A stretch of DNA of 51,972 bases from an uncultured Microthrixaceae bacterium. GTDB lineage: Bacteria > Actinomycetota > Acidimicrobiia > Acidimicrobiales > DATDAH01. The position numbers and the translations under genes were made by a program. The stretch covers positions 1 to 51,972 of the forward strand of contig CAYYDZ010000005.1 of assembly GCA_964470715.1 (NCBI GenBank). Reading direction: 5' to 3'. The notes under the pieces were generated by a model. That model was not told the DNA's origin. It saw only the letters and a program-made list of their open reading frames with translations, and ran no database searches. Below are positions 36,743 through 45,983 of the stretch, one piece after another; position 1 is the stretch's first letter; every line of letters begins with the position of its first letter.

Positions 36743-38011
36743 ATGTCCCGCCACGTCTCGCGGGCGCTCCTCGTCGTCGTCGGCGCCACGGTCCTGCTGG
36801 CGCCGCCGGCGATGGCCGAGCGCCGACCCCACACCGGCGCGCTCGTGGACGACCCCGCGGGGGACACCACCACGACCACCGATCCCCCGTCGACGACCAC
36901 CTCGACGACGGCACCCACGGGCACCAGCACGAGCACGACCTCGACCACGGTGTCACCCGGCGACCCGGGCGCAAGCGGGGACGTGACCGGCGGCGTGGTC
37001 CCCGACGGCGACCTGACCGTGCCACCGCCGGATGACCCCGACGACGGCCCCCACGTGCACAGCGTCGCCATCGTCGGCGACCTGTCGTCGGCGCGGGACC
37101 GCATGGCCACCGCGGAGGCCCGAGCCGAGGAGGCCCGCGTGCGGGTGGAGGACCTCCACCGGCAGCTGGCCGACGTCGAGGCTCGGATCCTCGCCCTCAC
37201 CGACGAGCAGCGCCAGGCGGTCAAGCGGGTGGAGGAGTCGCGGAACGTCCTGGCCAACCGTGCCGTCGATGCGTACATCCGCGGGAACCTGGGCGACCTT
37301 TCGGCCACGCTCGCTGCCGACGACCCGAACGAGGCCAGCCGCAACGAGGCGATGATGGAGAGTGTCCTCGAGGCCGACAACGACGCCGTCGGCGACTACC
37401 GCGCGGCCCGGCGGGCGGTGTCCGCCGAGCTGGTCGACCTGGCGGACCAGCGCGTCGAGGTGCTCGGCGACCTCGTCCAGGCCAAGGGCTGGGACAAGGC
37501 GATGCGGGAGGACGTCCTCGACGCCCGGGTGCAGCTGCTGGCCTTCGAGGCGGGCAGCGAGATCTTCGTGACGGGCATGCACTTCCCGGTCGGCGACCCG
37601 CACAACTTCATCGACAGCTTCCTCGCGCCACGCTCGGGTGGCCGCCAGCACCAAGGCGCCGACATCTTCGCCGCCGCGGGCACCAACCTCCACGCCACCG
37701 AGCGGGGGGTGATCACCAACGTGGGCAACAACAGCCTCGGCGGCATCAAGCTCTGGCTCTACGGCGAGAGCGGCACGACCTACTACTACGCCCACCTCCT
37801 GCGCTACGCGCCCGGCATCCACGAGGGGATGGTGGTGGAGGCGGGCGACGTCGTCGGTTACGTGGGCAACACGGGCAACGCCGCCACGACCCCTTCGCAC
37901 CTGCACTTCGAGATCCACCCGAACAACGGGCCGGCCGTGAACCCCACGCCCCTGCTCCGGGTCGTCGATGCCCTCGACGGCGGCAGCGACAGCTCCGTGG
38001 CCCGGCGCTGA
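36743..38011 (+). CDS. M23 endopeptidase with coiled coil
   Basis: Signal peptide, Thr-rich linker, coiled coil, HQGAD, YYAHL, HLHFE. Confidence 0.92.
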   Translation: MSRHVSRALLVVVGATVLLAPPAMAERRPHTGALVDDPAGDTTTTTDPPSTTTSTTAPTGTSTSTTSTTVSPGDPGASGDVTGGVVPDGDLTVPPPDDPDDGPHVHSVAIVGDLSSARDRMATAEARAEEARVRVEDLHRQLADVEARILALTDEQRQAVKRVEESRNVLANRAVDAYIRGNLGDLSATLAADDPNEASRNEAMMESVLEADNDAVGDYRAARRAVSAELVDLADQRVEVLGDLVQAKGWDKAMREDVLDARVQLLAFEAGSEIFVTGMHFPVGDPHNFIDSFLAPRSGGRQHQGADIFAAAGTNLHATERGVITNVGNNSLGGIKLWLYGESGTTYYYAHLLRYAPGIHEGMVVEAGDVVGYVGNTGNAATTPSHLHFEIHPNNGPAVNPTPLLRVVDALDGGSDSSVARR

Positions 38012-38033
38012 GGCGCACTCCTAGGGTGGCGGG

Positions 38034-38140
38034 GTGAGCCCCCTGCCCCCCGGTCGACATCGAGGCCGCCGCGTCCCGAATCACGGCCCACGTCCGCCGG
38101 ACCCCCGTCCGCGCGCCGGGTGCGGCAGGTTCGTGCCGGC
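38034..38140 (+). pseudogene. 5' remnant of a Thr/Ser dehydratase-like PLP enzyme
   Basis: -10 TAGGGT, 6 nt, then GTG. After a 1-nt shift in the C6 run it reads VDIEAAASRITAHVRRTPV, then similarity is lost before the SFK(x)RG motif. Confidence 0.55.
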
Positions 38141-38197
38141 CCGGGTGGTCAAGGCCGTTGATGTGCCATCGGGGCCGTCAACCGGTGGAATAGGCGC

Positions 38198-38644
38198 ATG
38201 GGCATGGACGTGACCGAGACGCTCGAGGTGGCGTGCCGACCAGAGGCGCTGTTCTCGTGGGTCGAGACGCTGGACCGCTATCCCGCGTGGCTCGACATCG
38301 TCACCAGCGCCGAGCCCGCTGCGCCGGACGACGGGGACCCGGGGCCGGCGTGGTCGATCGATCTCAAGGGTCGCCTCGGGCCGCTGTCGCGCGCCAAGCG
38401 CCTGCGCATGGTCCGCACCGAGCACGATCCGCCGGACCGGGCGGTGTTCGAGCGTCGAGAGCTCGACGGCCGCGCCCACTCGCCCTGGGTGCTCGACGCC
38501 TCCGTCGAGGCCACCAGCGACGGGGCCCGCCTCACCATGCGCCTGCACTACGGCGGCGGGCTGTGGGGCCCGGTGCTGGAGCGCATGCTGCGCGACGAGG
38601 TCGAGCACAGCCGCCCCCGCCTGGCCGCCGCCGTCGAGTCCTGA
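38198..38644 (+). CDS. SRPBCC (polyketide cyclase/dehydrase) family
   Basis: LDRYPAWL, START-like beta/alpha pattern, C-terminal helix. Confidence 0.8.
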   Translation: MGMDVTETLEVACRPEALFSWVETLDRYPAWLDIVTSAEPAAPDDGDPGPAWSIDLKGRLGPLSRAKRLRMVRTEHDPPDRAVFERRELDGRAHSPWVLDASVEATSDGARLTMRLHYGGGLWGPVLERMLRDEVEHSRPRLAAAVES

Positions 38645-38727
38645 CGCGACGGTGTTTCGGGTTCCCAGTCCCGGGATGTGGCGCGTCGCTCGCGGCGGTT
38701 CGAGGCTTCCGAGAACGACGCCGGCCG

Positions 38728-39258
38728 TCAGGGGGCGCGGCGCGCCAGGCGGGTGAGGGCCGCGCCGAGGGCGTAGATCACGCCGGCGTAGACGAGGACG
38801 AATTTCAGGTACGCGCAGATCGCCGCCACCTGGGGCGCCGGCGACTCGACGGGACCGCGCAGCATGTCGAGCAGGGCGATGTTCTCGACCGCGTCGAGGG
38901 CGCCGCCCACCCAGGCGGCCCAGGCGAGCGCGCCGCCGAGGGAGACCAGCCAGGCGTGGCGGAACACGCGCCGGCCCCAGATGCAGGCCAGTGCGATGGT
39001 GCTGGAGTACGCGAGCAGGAACAGGTAGTCGAGGCCCACCCCGAAGGCGGCGTGGATCACGTCGCGGTCGTCCCACACCGCCATCACCTCGCGGGCGGCG
39101 GCCACACTGCCCGCCACTTCGAGGCCGACGATCCCGTCGCCGCCGGGGTCGAGCAGGAGCAGGGCGGCGCCCACCACCACGGTGACGCCGAGCAGGGGTC
39201 GGAACCACACCCGCAGTCGGCCCGGCGGGATCTCGTCGAACGGGTGGTGGACCTCCAT
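38728..39258 (-). CDS. Hypothetical membrane protein
   Basis: About 4 TM segments; LDYLFLLAY, LDAVEN, LKF; coupled to the ABC ATPase stop. Confidence 0.75.
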   Translation of the reverse strand: MEVHHPFDEIPPGRLRVWFRPLLGVTVVVGAALLLLDPGGDGIVGLEVAGSVAAAREVMAVWDDRDVIHAAFGVGLDYLFLLAYSSTIALACIWGRRVFRHAWLVSLGGALAWAAWVGGALDAVENIALLDMLRGPVESPAPQVAAICAYLKFVLVYAGVIYALGAALTRLARRAP

Positions 39259-40091
39259 CACCTGCCAGCCTCCTCCTCGACCGCCTGTGCCGTCCACCGG
39301 CCTCGCCGCTCTGCCACGTCGAGCGGCAGGCCGAAGCACTCGGACAGCGCCTCGGCCGTGAGCACGTCGGCGATGGGCCCGGCTGCCTGGACCCGTCCGT
39401 CGCGGAGCAACAGCGCGTGGCCGAAGCCGGTCGGGATCTCCTCGACGTGGTGGGTGACCAGCACCACCGGCGGCGTGGTCGGGTCGGCGGCGAGGTCGCC
39501 GAGGCGGCGGACCAGGTCCTCCCGGCCGCCGAGGTCGAGGCCGGCGGTCGGCTCGTCGAGCAACAGCAGACCGGGGTCGCCCATCAGCGTCCTGGCGAGC
39601 TGCACACGTTGGCGCTCGCCCGACGAGAGCGTGCCGAAGGGCTGGTCGGCGTGCGCCGCGCACCCCAGACGGTCCAGCAGGACGAGTGCGCGCTCGCGGT
39701 CCGCCGCCTCGTAGGTGTTCCACCACGGCTCGAGGGCGGCGTACTTGGCCGTCATCACCACGTCGGCCGCGCTGAGGCCCGGCCGCAGCAGGTCGGCCAT
39801 CGCCGCGCTGGCCACGCCGATACGGGTGCGCAGGCGCCGGACGTCGGTGCGCCCGAGGCGCTCGCCCAGCACCTCGACCGTCCCCTCGGTGGGGTGCAGA
39901 TAGAGCGAGGCGATGCGCAGGAGCGAGGTCTTGCCGGAGCCGTTGCGGCCGAGCACGACCCAGCGGTCGCCGGATGCCACCGACCAGGACACGTCGGCGA
40001 GCACCCGGTGCCCGTCGACGGCGAGCCCCACTGCGTCAAGTCGCAGCGACGGCGCGCCCGCCGGAGGTGCGGTCGGAGGTGCGCCACCCAT
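39258..40091 (-). CDS. ABC transporter ATP-binding protein (ModF/YlmA-like)
   Basis: Walker A GRNGSGKT, LSSGERQR, LLLLDEP, VTHH. Confidence 0.92.
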   Translation of the reverse strand: MGGAPPTAPPAGAPSLRLDAVGLAVDGHRVLADVSWSVASGDRWVVLGRNGSGKTSLLRIASLYLHPTEGTVEVLGERLGRTDVRRLRTRIGVASAAMADLLRPGLSAADVVMTAKYAALEPWWNTYEAADRERALVLLDRLGCAAHADQPFGTLSSGERQRVQLARTLMGDPGLLLLDEPTAGLDLGGREDLVRRLGDLAADPTTPPVVLVTHHVEEIPTGFGHALLLRDGRVQAAGPIADVLTAEALSECFGLPLDVAERRGRWTAQAVEEEAGR

Positions 40092-40134
40092 CCGACGGGA
40101 CGCTACCGGTCGCCGGGTAGCGTGATCGGGACCC

Positions 40135-41475
40135 ATCGACGCCCTCGGACCCACCCTGCTCACCACCGCGCTCGGCCTGCTGGCCGTCCTGCTCTTGATC
40201 CTGGCCACGGCGTTCTTCGTCGCGGCCGAGTTCGCGCTCGTCGCCGTGGACCGCAGTCGGGTCGAGCACCTGGCCGGCGAGGGCTCCCGCCGGGCGAAGA
40301 TCACCCTGAGCGTCCTGCGCCGCCTGTCGTTCCACCTCTCCGGGGCGCAGCTCGGCATCACCGTCGTGTCCCTCGTGCTCGGCTTCGTGGCCGAGCCCAC
40401 GATCGCCGCGCTCATCGAGCCCGTCGTCGAGCCGCTGGTGGGGGCCAGATCGAAGGGCGTCTCGGTCGCCATCGCCCTTGGCCTGGCCACCGTGTTCCAG
40501 ATGGTCGTGGGGGAGCTCATCCCGAAGAACGTCGTGATCGCCCGCCCGACCCGCTCGGCGCTGCGGCTCGCCGCCCCGTTCCGCGCCTACGCCGTCGTCT
40601 TCGGCCCGGTGATCTCGCTCTCCGAACGTGCCGCCAACTGGGCCGTCCGCAAGCTCGGCGTCGAACCGCAGGAGGAGCTCTCGGCCGTCCGCTCGCTCCC
40701 AGAGCTCGAACTGCTGTTCCGCTCGTCGGCGGCCGAGGGCACCCTCGAGCCGCGGGCCGCCGACCTGCTCACCCGCTCGATCCGCTTCGGCGAGAAGACC
40801 GCGGACGACGCCCTGACCCCTCGCACCGCGCTCCAGGCCCTCGAGTCCGAGGCGACGCTTGCGGAGCTGACCGAGCGCAGCCTCGAGACCGGGTTCTCGC
40901 GCTTCCTGGTCTACGGCACCGACCTCGACGACGTGCGTGGCGTGGTGCACGTGAAATCGGTCTACGAGATCTCTCCCGAGGAGCGGGCGGCCACACCGGT
41001 CTCCGCGGTCATGACCGACGCCTTCGTGGTGCCCGAGAGCCGTGACCTCAGCTCGCTGCTGGTCGAGCTGCGCGAGGCCGGCAGCCACCTCGCCGTGGTC
41101 GTCGACGAGTACGGGGGCACCGCGGGCATCGTCACCATGGAGGACCTCATCGAGGAGATCGTCGGCGAGATCGACGACGAGTGGGATCCCGAGCCGCCGG
41201 AGCTGTCCGTCGTCCAGCCCTCGGGAGCGTTCCTCCTCTCGGGCAGCCTGCACCCCGACGAGGTGCGCGACGCGTGCGGCTTCGAGGTGCCCGAGGGCGA
41301 GTACGAGACCGTCGCCGGGTTCGTCCTCGACCGCCTCGGCCACCTCCCGGTGCCAGGGGAGTGGGTCACCCACGACGGCTGGGAGATCGAGGTGGTCGAG
41401 CTGGACCGCCGCCGCATCGACCGCCTCCGACTCGTGCCGCCGGTGGCGCCGCCCGATCCCGAGGACGTTCCGTGA
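40135..41475 (+). CDS. Hemolysin-family CNNM-CBS-CorC protein (start codon uncertain: ATC 40135, CTG 40156 or TTG 40195)
   Basis: FVAAEFAL, AQLGITVVSL, GELIPKN, VVDEYGGTAG, C-terminal CorC domain. Confidence 0.88.
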   Translation: MDALGPTLLTTALGLLAVLLLILATAFFVAAEFALVAVDRSRVEHLAGEGSRRAKITLSVLRRLSFHLSGAQLGITVVSLVLGFVAEPTIAALIEPVVEPLVGARSKGVSVAIALGLATVFQMVVGELIPKNVVIARPTRSALRLAAPFRAYAVVFGPVISLSERAANWAVRKLGVEPQEELSAVRSLPELELLFRSSAAEGTLEPRAADLLTRSIRFGEKTADDALTPRTALQALESEATLAELTERSLETGFSRFLVYGTDLDDVRGVVHVKSVYEISPEERAATPVSAVMTDAFVVPESRDLSSLLVELREAGSHLAVVVDEYGGTAGIVTMEDLIEEIVGEIDDEWDPEPPELSVVQPSGAFLLSGSLHPDEVRDACGFEVPEGEYETVAGFVLDRLGHLPVPGEWVTHDGWEIEVVELDRRRIDRLRLVPPVAPPDPEDVP

Positions 41476-42581
41476 TGGACGCCCCTGCACTGCTCTTCAC
41501 CGTCGCGCTGCTGGCCCTCAACGGGTGGTTCGTGGCCGTCGAGTTCGCGCTCATCACCGCGCGCCGCACGAAGCTCGAGCAGGAGCGCCAGGCCGGGAGC
41601 CGTGCCGCCGGCGTGAGCATCGGGCTCATCGACGAGCTCTCCGTGCAGCTCGCCGGCGCCCAGCTCGGGGTCACCGTGGCGTCCCTCCTGCTGGGCTACG
41701 TGGCCGAGCCCGCGGTGTCGCACCTGATCGAGTCCGCCATCTCCAGCGTGGTGACACTGCCCGAGGGCGTGCTCCGCACCATCGGGTTCGTGACGGGCCT
41801 GTCGATCGTCGTGCTCGCCCACATGGTGATCGGCGAGATGGTGCCGAAGAACCTCACCCTCGCCGCCCCGGAGCGCACGCTGCGGCTGCTGGCGATCCCC
41901 ACCCGGGCCCTCACCACGGTGCTGCGACCGGTCATCGCCGCCCTCAACGCGATGGCCAACGCCGGTGTGTGGCTCCTGCGCGTCGAGCGCAAGGACACGC
42001 TGTCGGACTTCCACTCGGCCGCCGAGCTGGCCACGATGCTCGAGGCGTCCCGCGAGGAAGGCCTCATCGCCGACGACCAGCACGAGTTGCTGGCCAGCGC
42101 GTTGGACTTCGGGGCCGCGCCGGTGTCGACGGTGATGGTGCCCCGGGACGGGGTGGTGCACATCCGGCGCGACCAGACGCCGGCAGAGATCGAGGCGGTG
42201 ATCCGCAGCAGCGGGCACAGCCGACTGCCGGTCGTGGGCCGCGACCTCGACGAGGTCCTCGGCTTCATCCACGCGAAGGACCTGCTCGCCCTTCGTCCTG
42301 ACGCCCGGGACGTCCCGCTGCCCGAGCGTCTCCTGCGCACCGAGCTCGTCGAGCTCGACGAGGGTGGCACCGTCGAGGACGCGATGCTGGAGATGCGCCG
42401 GCGCCGCCGACACCTCGGGATTGCCCGGGACGCCAGCGGGCGCACCACCGGGCTCGTGACGCTGGAGGACCTGGTGGAGGAGCTCGTCGGCGACATCCGC
42501 GACGAGTCCGACCGCGACGAGTCCGACCGCGAGGAGTCCGGGGCGGAGGCCGGCCCGGACGGGGCCACCTCGGGTGGGTGA
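41472..42581 (+). CDS. Hemolysin-family CNNM-CBS protein (no CorC domain)
   Basis: FVAVEFAL, AQLGVTVASL, GEMVPKN, GHSRLPV, TLEDLVEELVG. Confidence 0.9.
   Translation: MMDAPALLFTVALLALNGWFVAVEFALITARRTKLEQERQAGSRAAGVSIGLIDELSVQLAGAQLGVTVASLLLGYVAEPAVSHLIESAISSVVTLPEGVLRTIGFVTGLSIVVLAHMVIGEMVPKNLTLAAPERTLRLLAIPTRALTTVLRPVIAALNAMANAGVWLLRVERKDTLSDFHSAAELATMLEASREEGLIADDQHELLASALDFGAAPVSTVMVPRDGVVHIRRDQTPAEIEAVIRSSGHSRLPVVGRDLDEVLGFIHAKDLLALRPDARDVPLPERLLRTELVELDEGGTVEDAMLEMRRRRRHLGIARDASGRTTGLVTLEDLVEELVGDIRDESDRDESDREESGAEAGPDGATSGG
42497..42541 (+). repeat. 15-bp tandem repeat x3 (RDESD)
   Basis: CCGCGACGAGTCCGA twice, then CCGCGAGGAGTCCGG. Confidence 0.85.
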
Positions 42582-42628
42582 GCCCCGATGCCGAGCCGCA
42601 GCCGGCGGCAGTGGGTAGCCTCGGGCGG

Positions 42629-43699
42629 GTGCGGATGGCGACGAAGGTGCTCGTAGCCGCCTCCCTGGCGGTGGGCAGCGTGGCCGCCGTCACGGACGCG
42701 TCGGCCTCGGACGTCGATGACACCCGCGCGCGCGCCGAGGCCACCATCCGCGAGCTCGACGAGGCGCAGGGGGACTTGGGCCGCCTCGAGCAGCAGATGT
42801 CCGAGGTGGAGCACCGCGTGGAGGTCGCGTCCAACGGCATCGAGGACCTCGAGGCCGAGGTGCAGACCATCGCCGTGGACCAGTACATGCGGGCCGGTGA
42901 GCCGCCTGCGCTGGTGCCCCTCGACGCCGACGTCGGCGACCAGCTCCTCGGCAACGAGCTGGCGCGCTTCGTGACCGAGGGCGACACCGACGCCATCGAC
43001 GCCTACGCCGGCCAGCGGGCCGATCTGGAGGACGCCGCCGCCGAGCTCGACGAACTGCGTGCCGACCAGGCCGCCGCGGTCGAGCGCCTCGCACAGCGCA
43101 ACGCCGAGCTCCAGGCGGAGGTGGCCCGCCTCGAAGACCTCGAGCGGGACCGCATCGAGGCCGAGCGCCGGCGCATGGAGGAGGAGCGCCAGCGGCGGGA
43201 GGCAGCCGCAGCCGCAGCCGCAGCCGCGGCCGCGGCCGCCGCGCCTGCTCCCGGAGAGACCCCCGACGCGAGCACGCCTGCCGGCGGGAGCAGTGCGCCG
43301 GCGCCACCCGCCAGCGACGGTGAGTTCCTCTGCCCCGTGCCCGGCTCGACCTTCATCGATTCGTGGGGCGCCCCCCGCTCGGGGGGCCGCAGCCACCAGG
43401 GGGTCGACATGATGGCGTCGGCGGGCACCCCGATCTACGCCCCCGTCGACGGCGACGTCTCCCACCGGGGAGTGAGCCTCGGCGGGCTCTCGTTCTTCCT
43501 CTACGGCGACAACGGCAACACCTACTTCGGCACCCACCTCAGCGGCTACGCCGCCTCGGGTCACGTCGTGGCGGGCACGGTCATCGGCTTCGTCGGCGCC
43601 ACCGGAAACGCCAACGGCATCAACCACCTCCACTTCGAGATCTGGCCGGGTGGGGGCGCCCCGGTCAACCCGTACCCGACCGTTGCCGCAGCTTGCTGA
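42629..43699 (+). CDS. M23 endopeptidase with coiled coil and poly-Ala linker
   Basis: Signal peptide, HQGVD, HLHFE; GTG lies 7 nt after TAGCCT. Confidence 0.9.
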   Translation: MRMATKVLVAASLAVGSVAAVTDASASDVDDTRARAEATIRELDEAQGDLGRLEQQMSEVEHRVEVASNGIEDLEAEVQTIAVDQYMRAGEPPALVPLDADVGDQLLGNELARFVTEGDTDAIDAYAGQRADLEDAAAELDELRADQAAAVERLAQRNAELQAEVARLEDLERDRIEAERRRMEEERQRREAAAAAAAAAAAAAAPAPGETPDASTPAGGSSAPAPPASDGEFLCPVPGSTFIDSWGAPRSGGRSHQGVDMMASAGTPIYAPVDGDVSHRGVSLGGLSFFLYGDNGNTYFGTHLSGYAASGHVVAGTVIGFVGATGNANGINHLHFEIWPGGGAPVNPYPTVAAAC

Positions 43700-44699
43700 T
43701 GATGCGCTGGCGACAGCGCTCGAGCACGTCCTGGTCGCAGCCCTCGAACCGCCGGTGCGGGTCGAGGACCTGCACCGCCTGTCGGGCGGCGCGTCGCGCG
43801 AGACCTTCGCGTTCGACGCGGTCGGTCCCGACGGTTCCACACGCCCGCTGATCCTCCAGCGGGAGCGCCCCGGTGGCGCCATCAACACCGGCGGCGGCAC
43901 CCGCACCGAGGCCGGCCTCCTGCGGGCGGCGGCGGCACAAGGTGTTCCCGTGCCCGCGGTGGTGGTCACCGGCCCCGCCGAGGTGCCGAGGCCGGGGGAG
44001 GCCGAGGGCGAGCCACTCGCCGCCGCGTACCTCGTGGTGGAGCGCCTGGAGGGCGAGACCATCCCCCGGCGCATCCTGCGAGACGAGCGCTACGCGGGCG
44101 CCCGCGGCGAGCTCGCCGCCCAGTGCGGTCGGGCCCTCGCCGGCATCCACGCCATCCCCGTCGACGAGTCCCTCGGGCTGCACGACCTCGACCAGATCAC
44201 GCAGTTCCGCAACCTCCTCGACGTCCTGGGCGAACCCCACCCCGCCTTCGAGCTGGCCTTCCGCTGGCTCGAGGCCAACCGCCCGCCGACGGGGCCGACG
44301 CGGGTCGTCCACGGCGACTTCCGCAACGGCAACCTCATCGTCGGCCCCGAGGGCCTGCGGGCGGTGCTCGACTGGGAGCTGGCCCACCTCGGTGACCCCA
44401 TGGAGGACCTCGGCTGGCTGTGCGTCAAGGCCTGGCGCTTCGGTGCGACCCCGCCCGTGGGTGGCTTCGGCGAGTACGAGGACCTCTTCGCGGCGTACGC
44501 CGACGCTGCGGGCCTGCCCGATGGCGTCGACCACGAGGTGGTGCGCTGGTGGGAGGTGCTCAGCACGGTGAAGTGGGGGGTCATGTGCATCATCCAGGCC
44601 GCGTCGCACACCCGACGGGTCTCGCGCTCGGTGGAGCTGGCGGCCATCGGCCGGCGCACCTGCGAGAACGAGCACGACGTCCTGGCGCTGCTGCCATGA
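43683..44699 (+). CDS. APH-like phosphotransferase (acyl-CoA dehydrogenase-associated type)
   Basis: LSGGASRET, VHGDFRNGN, LDWELAHLGDPMEDL; start uncertain. Confidence 0.88.
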   Translation: MPQLADDALATALEHVLVAALEPPVRVEDLHRLSGGASRETFAFDAVGPDGSTRPLILQRERPGGAINTGGGTRTEAGLLRAAAAQGVPVPAVVVTGPAEVPRPGEAEGEPLAAAYLVVERLEGETIPRRILRDERYAGARGELAAQCGRALAGIHAIPVDESLGLHDLDQITQFRNLLDVLGEPHPAFELAFRWLEANRPPTGPTRVVHGDFRNGNLIVGPEGLRAVLDWELAHLGDPMEDLGWLCVKAWRFGATPPVGGFGEYEDLFAAYADAAGLPDGVDHEVVRWWEVLSTVKWGVMCIIQAASHTRRVSRSVELAAIGRRTCENEHDVLALLP

Positions 44700-44736
44700 C
44701 GAAGGCCGCCCGACGACGTGGCCCGGAGGGGGCACG

Positions 44737-45078
44737 GTGACCGCCCCCCACGACTCGCCGACGGCGGCCGAGCTGGTCGAGGCCGTCCGGGAGTTCCTCG
44801 AGAACGACGTGCTCGGCGCCACCGAGGGTCGCGTGCAGTTCCACACCCGGGTCGCCATCAACGTGCTCGGCCAGGTGCAGCGGGAGATCGAGTCGGGCGC
44901 GGCCATGGCCGAGGCGCACGCCGTGCGCCTCGGGGCCCTGGGCTACGCCGACGACGCGGAGCTGGCCGCCGCCATCCGCTCGGGCGAGCTCGACGGGCGT
45001 TACGACGAGGTCAAGGCCGCGGTCTGGGCCACGGTGCGCGACAAGCTGGCCGTGGCCAACCCCCGCTACCTCGAGTGA
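44737..45078 (+). CDS. DUF6285-like protein
   Basis: HDSPTAAELVEAVREFL...KLAVANPRY; typical neighbour of this phosphotransferase (recall). Confidence 0.75.
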   Translation: MTAPHDSPTAAELVEAVREFLENDVLGATEGRVQFHTRVAINVLGQVQREIESGAAMAEAHAVRLGALGYADDAELAAAIRSGELDGRYDEVKAAVWATVRDKLAVANPRYLE

Positions 45079-45150
45079 CAGCAGCGCGCGGGTCGGAAGG
45101 CGCTGACCCGACCGCGGCGACGAAGCCGCACCGACGAAGTCGGTCCAGTG

Positions 45151-45918
45151 TCAGGCTCCGATGGCGTGGTACCCGCCGTCGACGTGCAGGAGCTCGCCGG
45201 TCGTTGCGGGGAACCAGTCCGAGAGCAGCGCCACGCAGGCCTTGGCGACCGCGGAGCTGTCGTTCACGTCCCAGCCGAGCGGGGCACGGGCGTCCCACAC
45301 GTCCTCGAAGGCCGAGAAGCCGGGGATCGAGCGGGCGGCCAGGGTCTTGACGGGCCCGGCGGCCACGAGGTTGACCCGGATCTGCTGCGCCCCGAGGTCC
45401 CGGGCGAGGTAACGCGAGGTCGACTCGAGGGCGGCCTTGGCCACGCCCATCCAGTCGTACGCCGGCCACGCCACCCGTGCGTCGAAGTCGAGGCCCACGA
45501 TGGAGCCGCCCCCGCTCATCAGGGGCACGACCGCGTCGGCCACCGCCCGCAGCGAGTAGGCGGAGACCTGCACGGCGACGGAGACGTCGGCCCAGGTGGT
45601 GTCGAGGAACTGGCCGCCGAGGCAGGTCTCGGGGGCGAAGCCGATGGCGTGCAGGGCGCCGTCGACGGTGCCCCAGCGCTCGGCCAGGGCGTCGCGCACC
45701 GCCGCGGGGTGGGTGTCGTCGGTGACGTCGAGCTCGAGGACGTCGGCCTCGGTCGGAAGCTTGCGGGATGTGCGCTGGGTGAGGCGCATCCCCCGGCCGG
45801 CGCCGGTGAGGACGACCTCGGCGCCCTCCTCCTGGGCGAGCTTGGCCACCCCGAACGCGAGCGACGCGTCGGTGAGCACACCGGTGATGAGGAGACGCTT
45901 GCCGTCGAGGAGGCCCAT
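45151..45918 (-). CDS. fabI: Enoyl-ACP reductase (InhA/FabI)
   Basis: LITGVLTDASLAF, HAIGFAP, YDWMGVAK, HVDGG. Confidence 0.93.
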   Translation of the reverse strand: MGLLDGKRLLITGVLTDASLAFGVAKLAQEEGAEVVLTGAGRGMRLTQRTSRKLPTEADVLELDVTDDTHPAAVRDALAERWGTVDGALHAIGFAPETCLGGQFLDTTWADVSVAVQVSAYSLRAVADAVVPLMSGGGSIVGLDFDARVAWPAYDWMGVAKAALESTSRYLARDLGAQQIRVNLVAAGPVKTLAARSIPGFSAFEDVWDARAPLGWDVNDSSAVAKACVALLSDWFPATTGELLHVDGGYHAIGA

Positions 45919-45983
45919 GACCGAGACAGTACGGCGCACGGCGGATGCGCGGGTCGGGAGGGGCCACCGATAACCTCGCGGCC

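Noticed and set aside
43202-43243. GCAGCC-type repeat
   Set aside because: It encodes an ordinary poly-Ala linker in the M23 protein.
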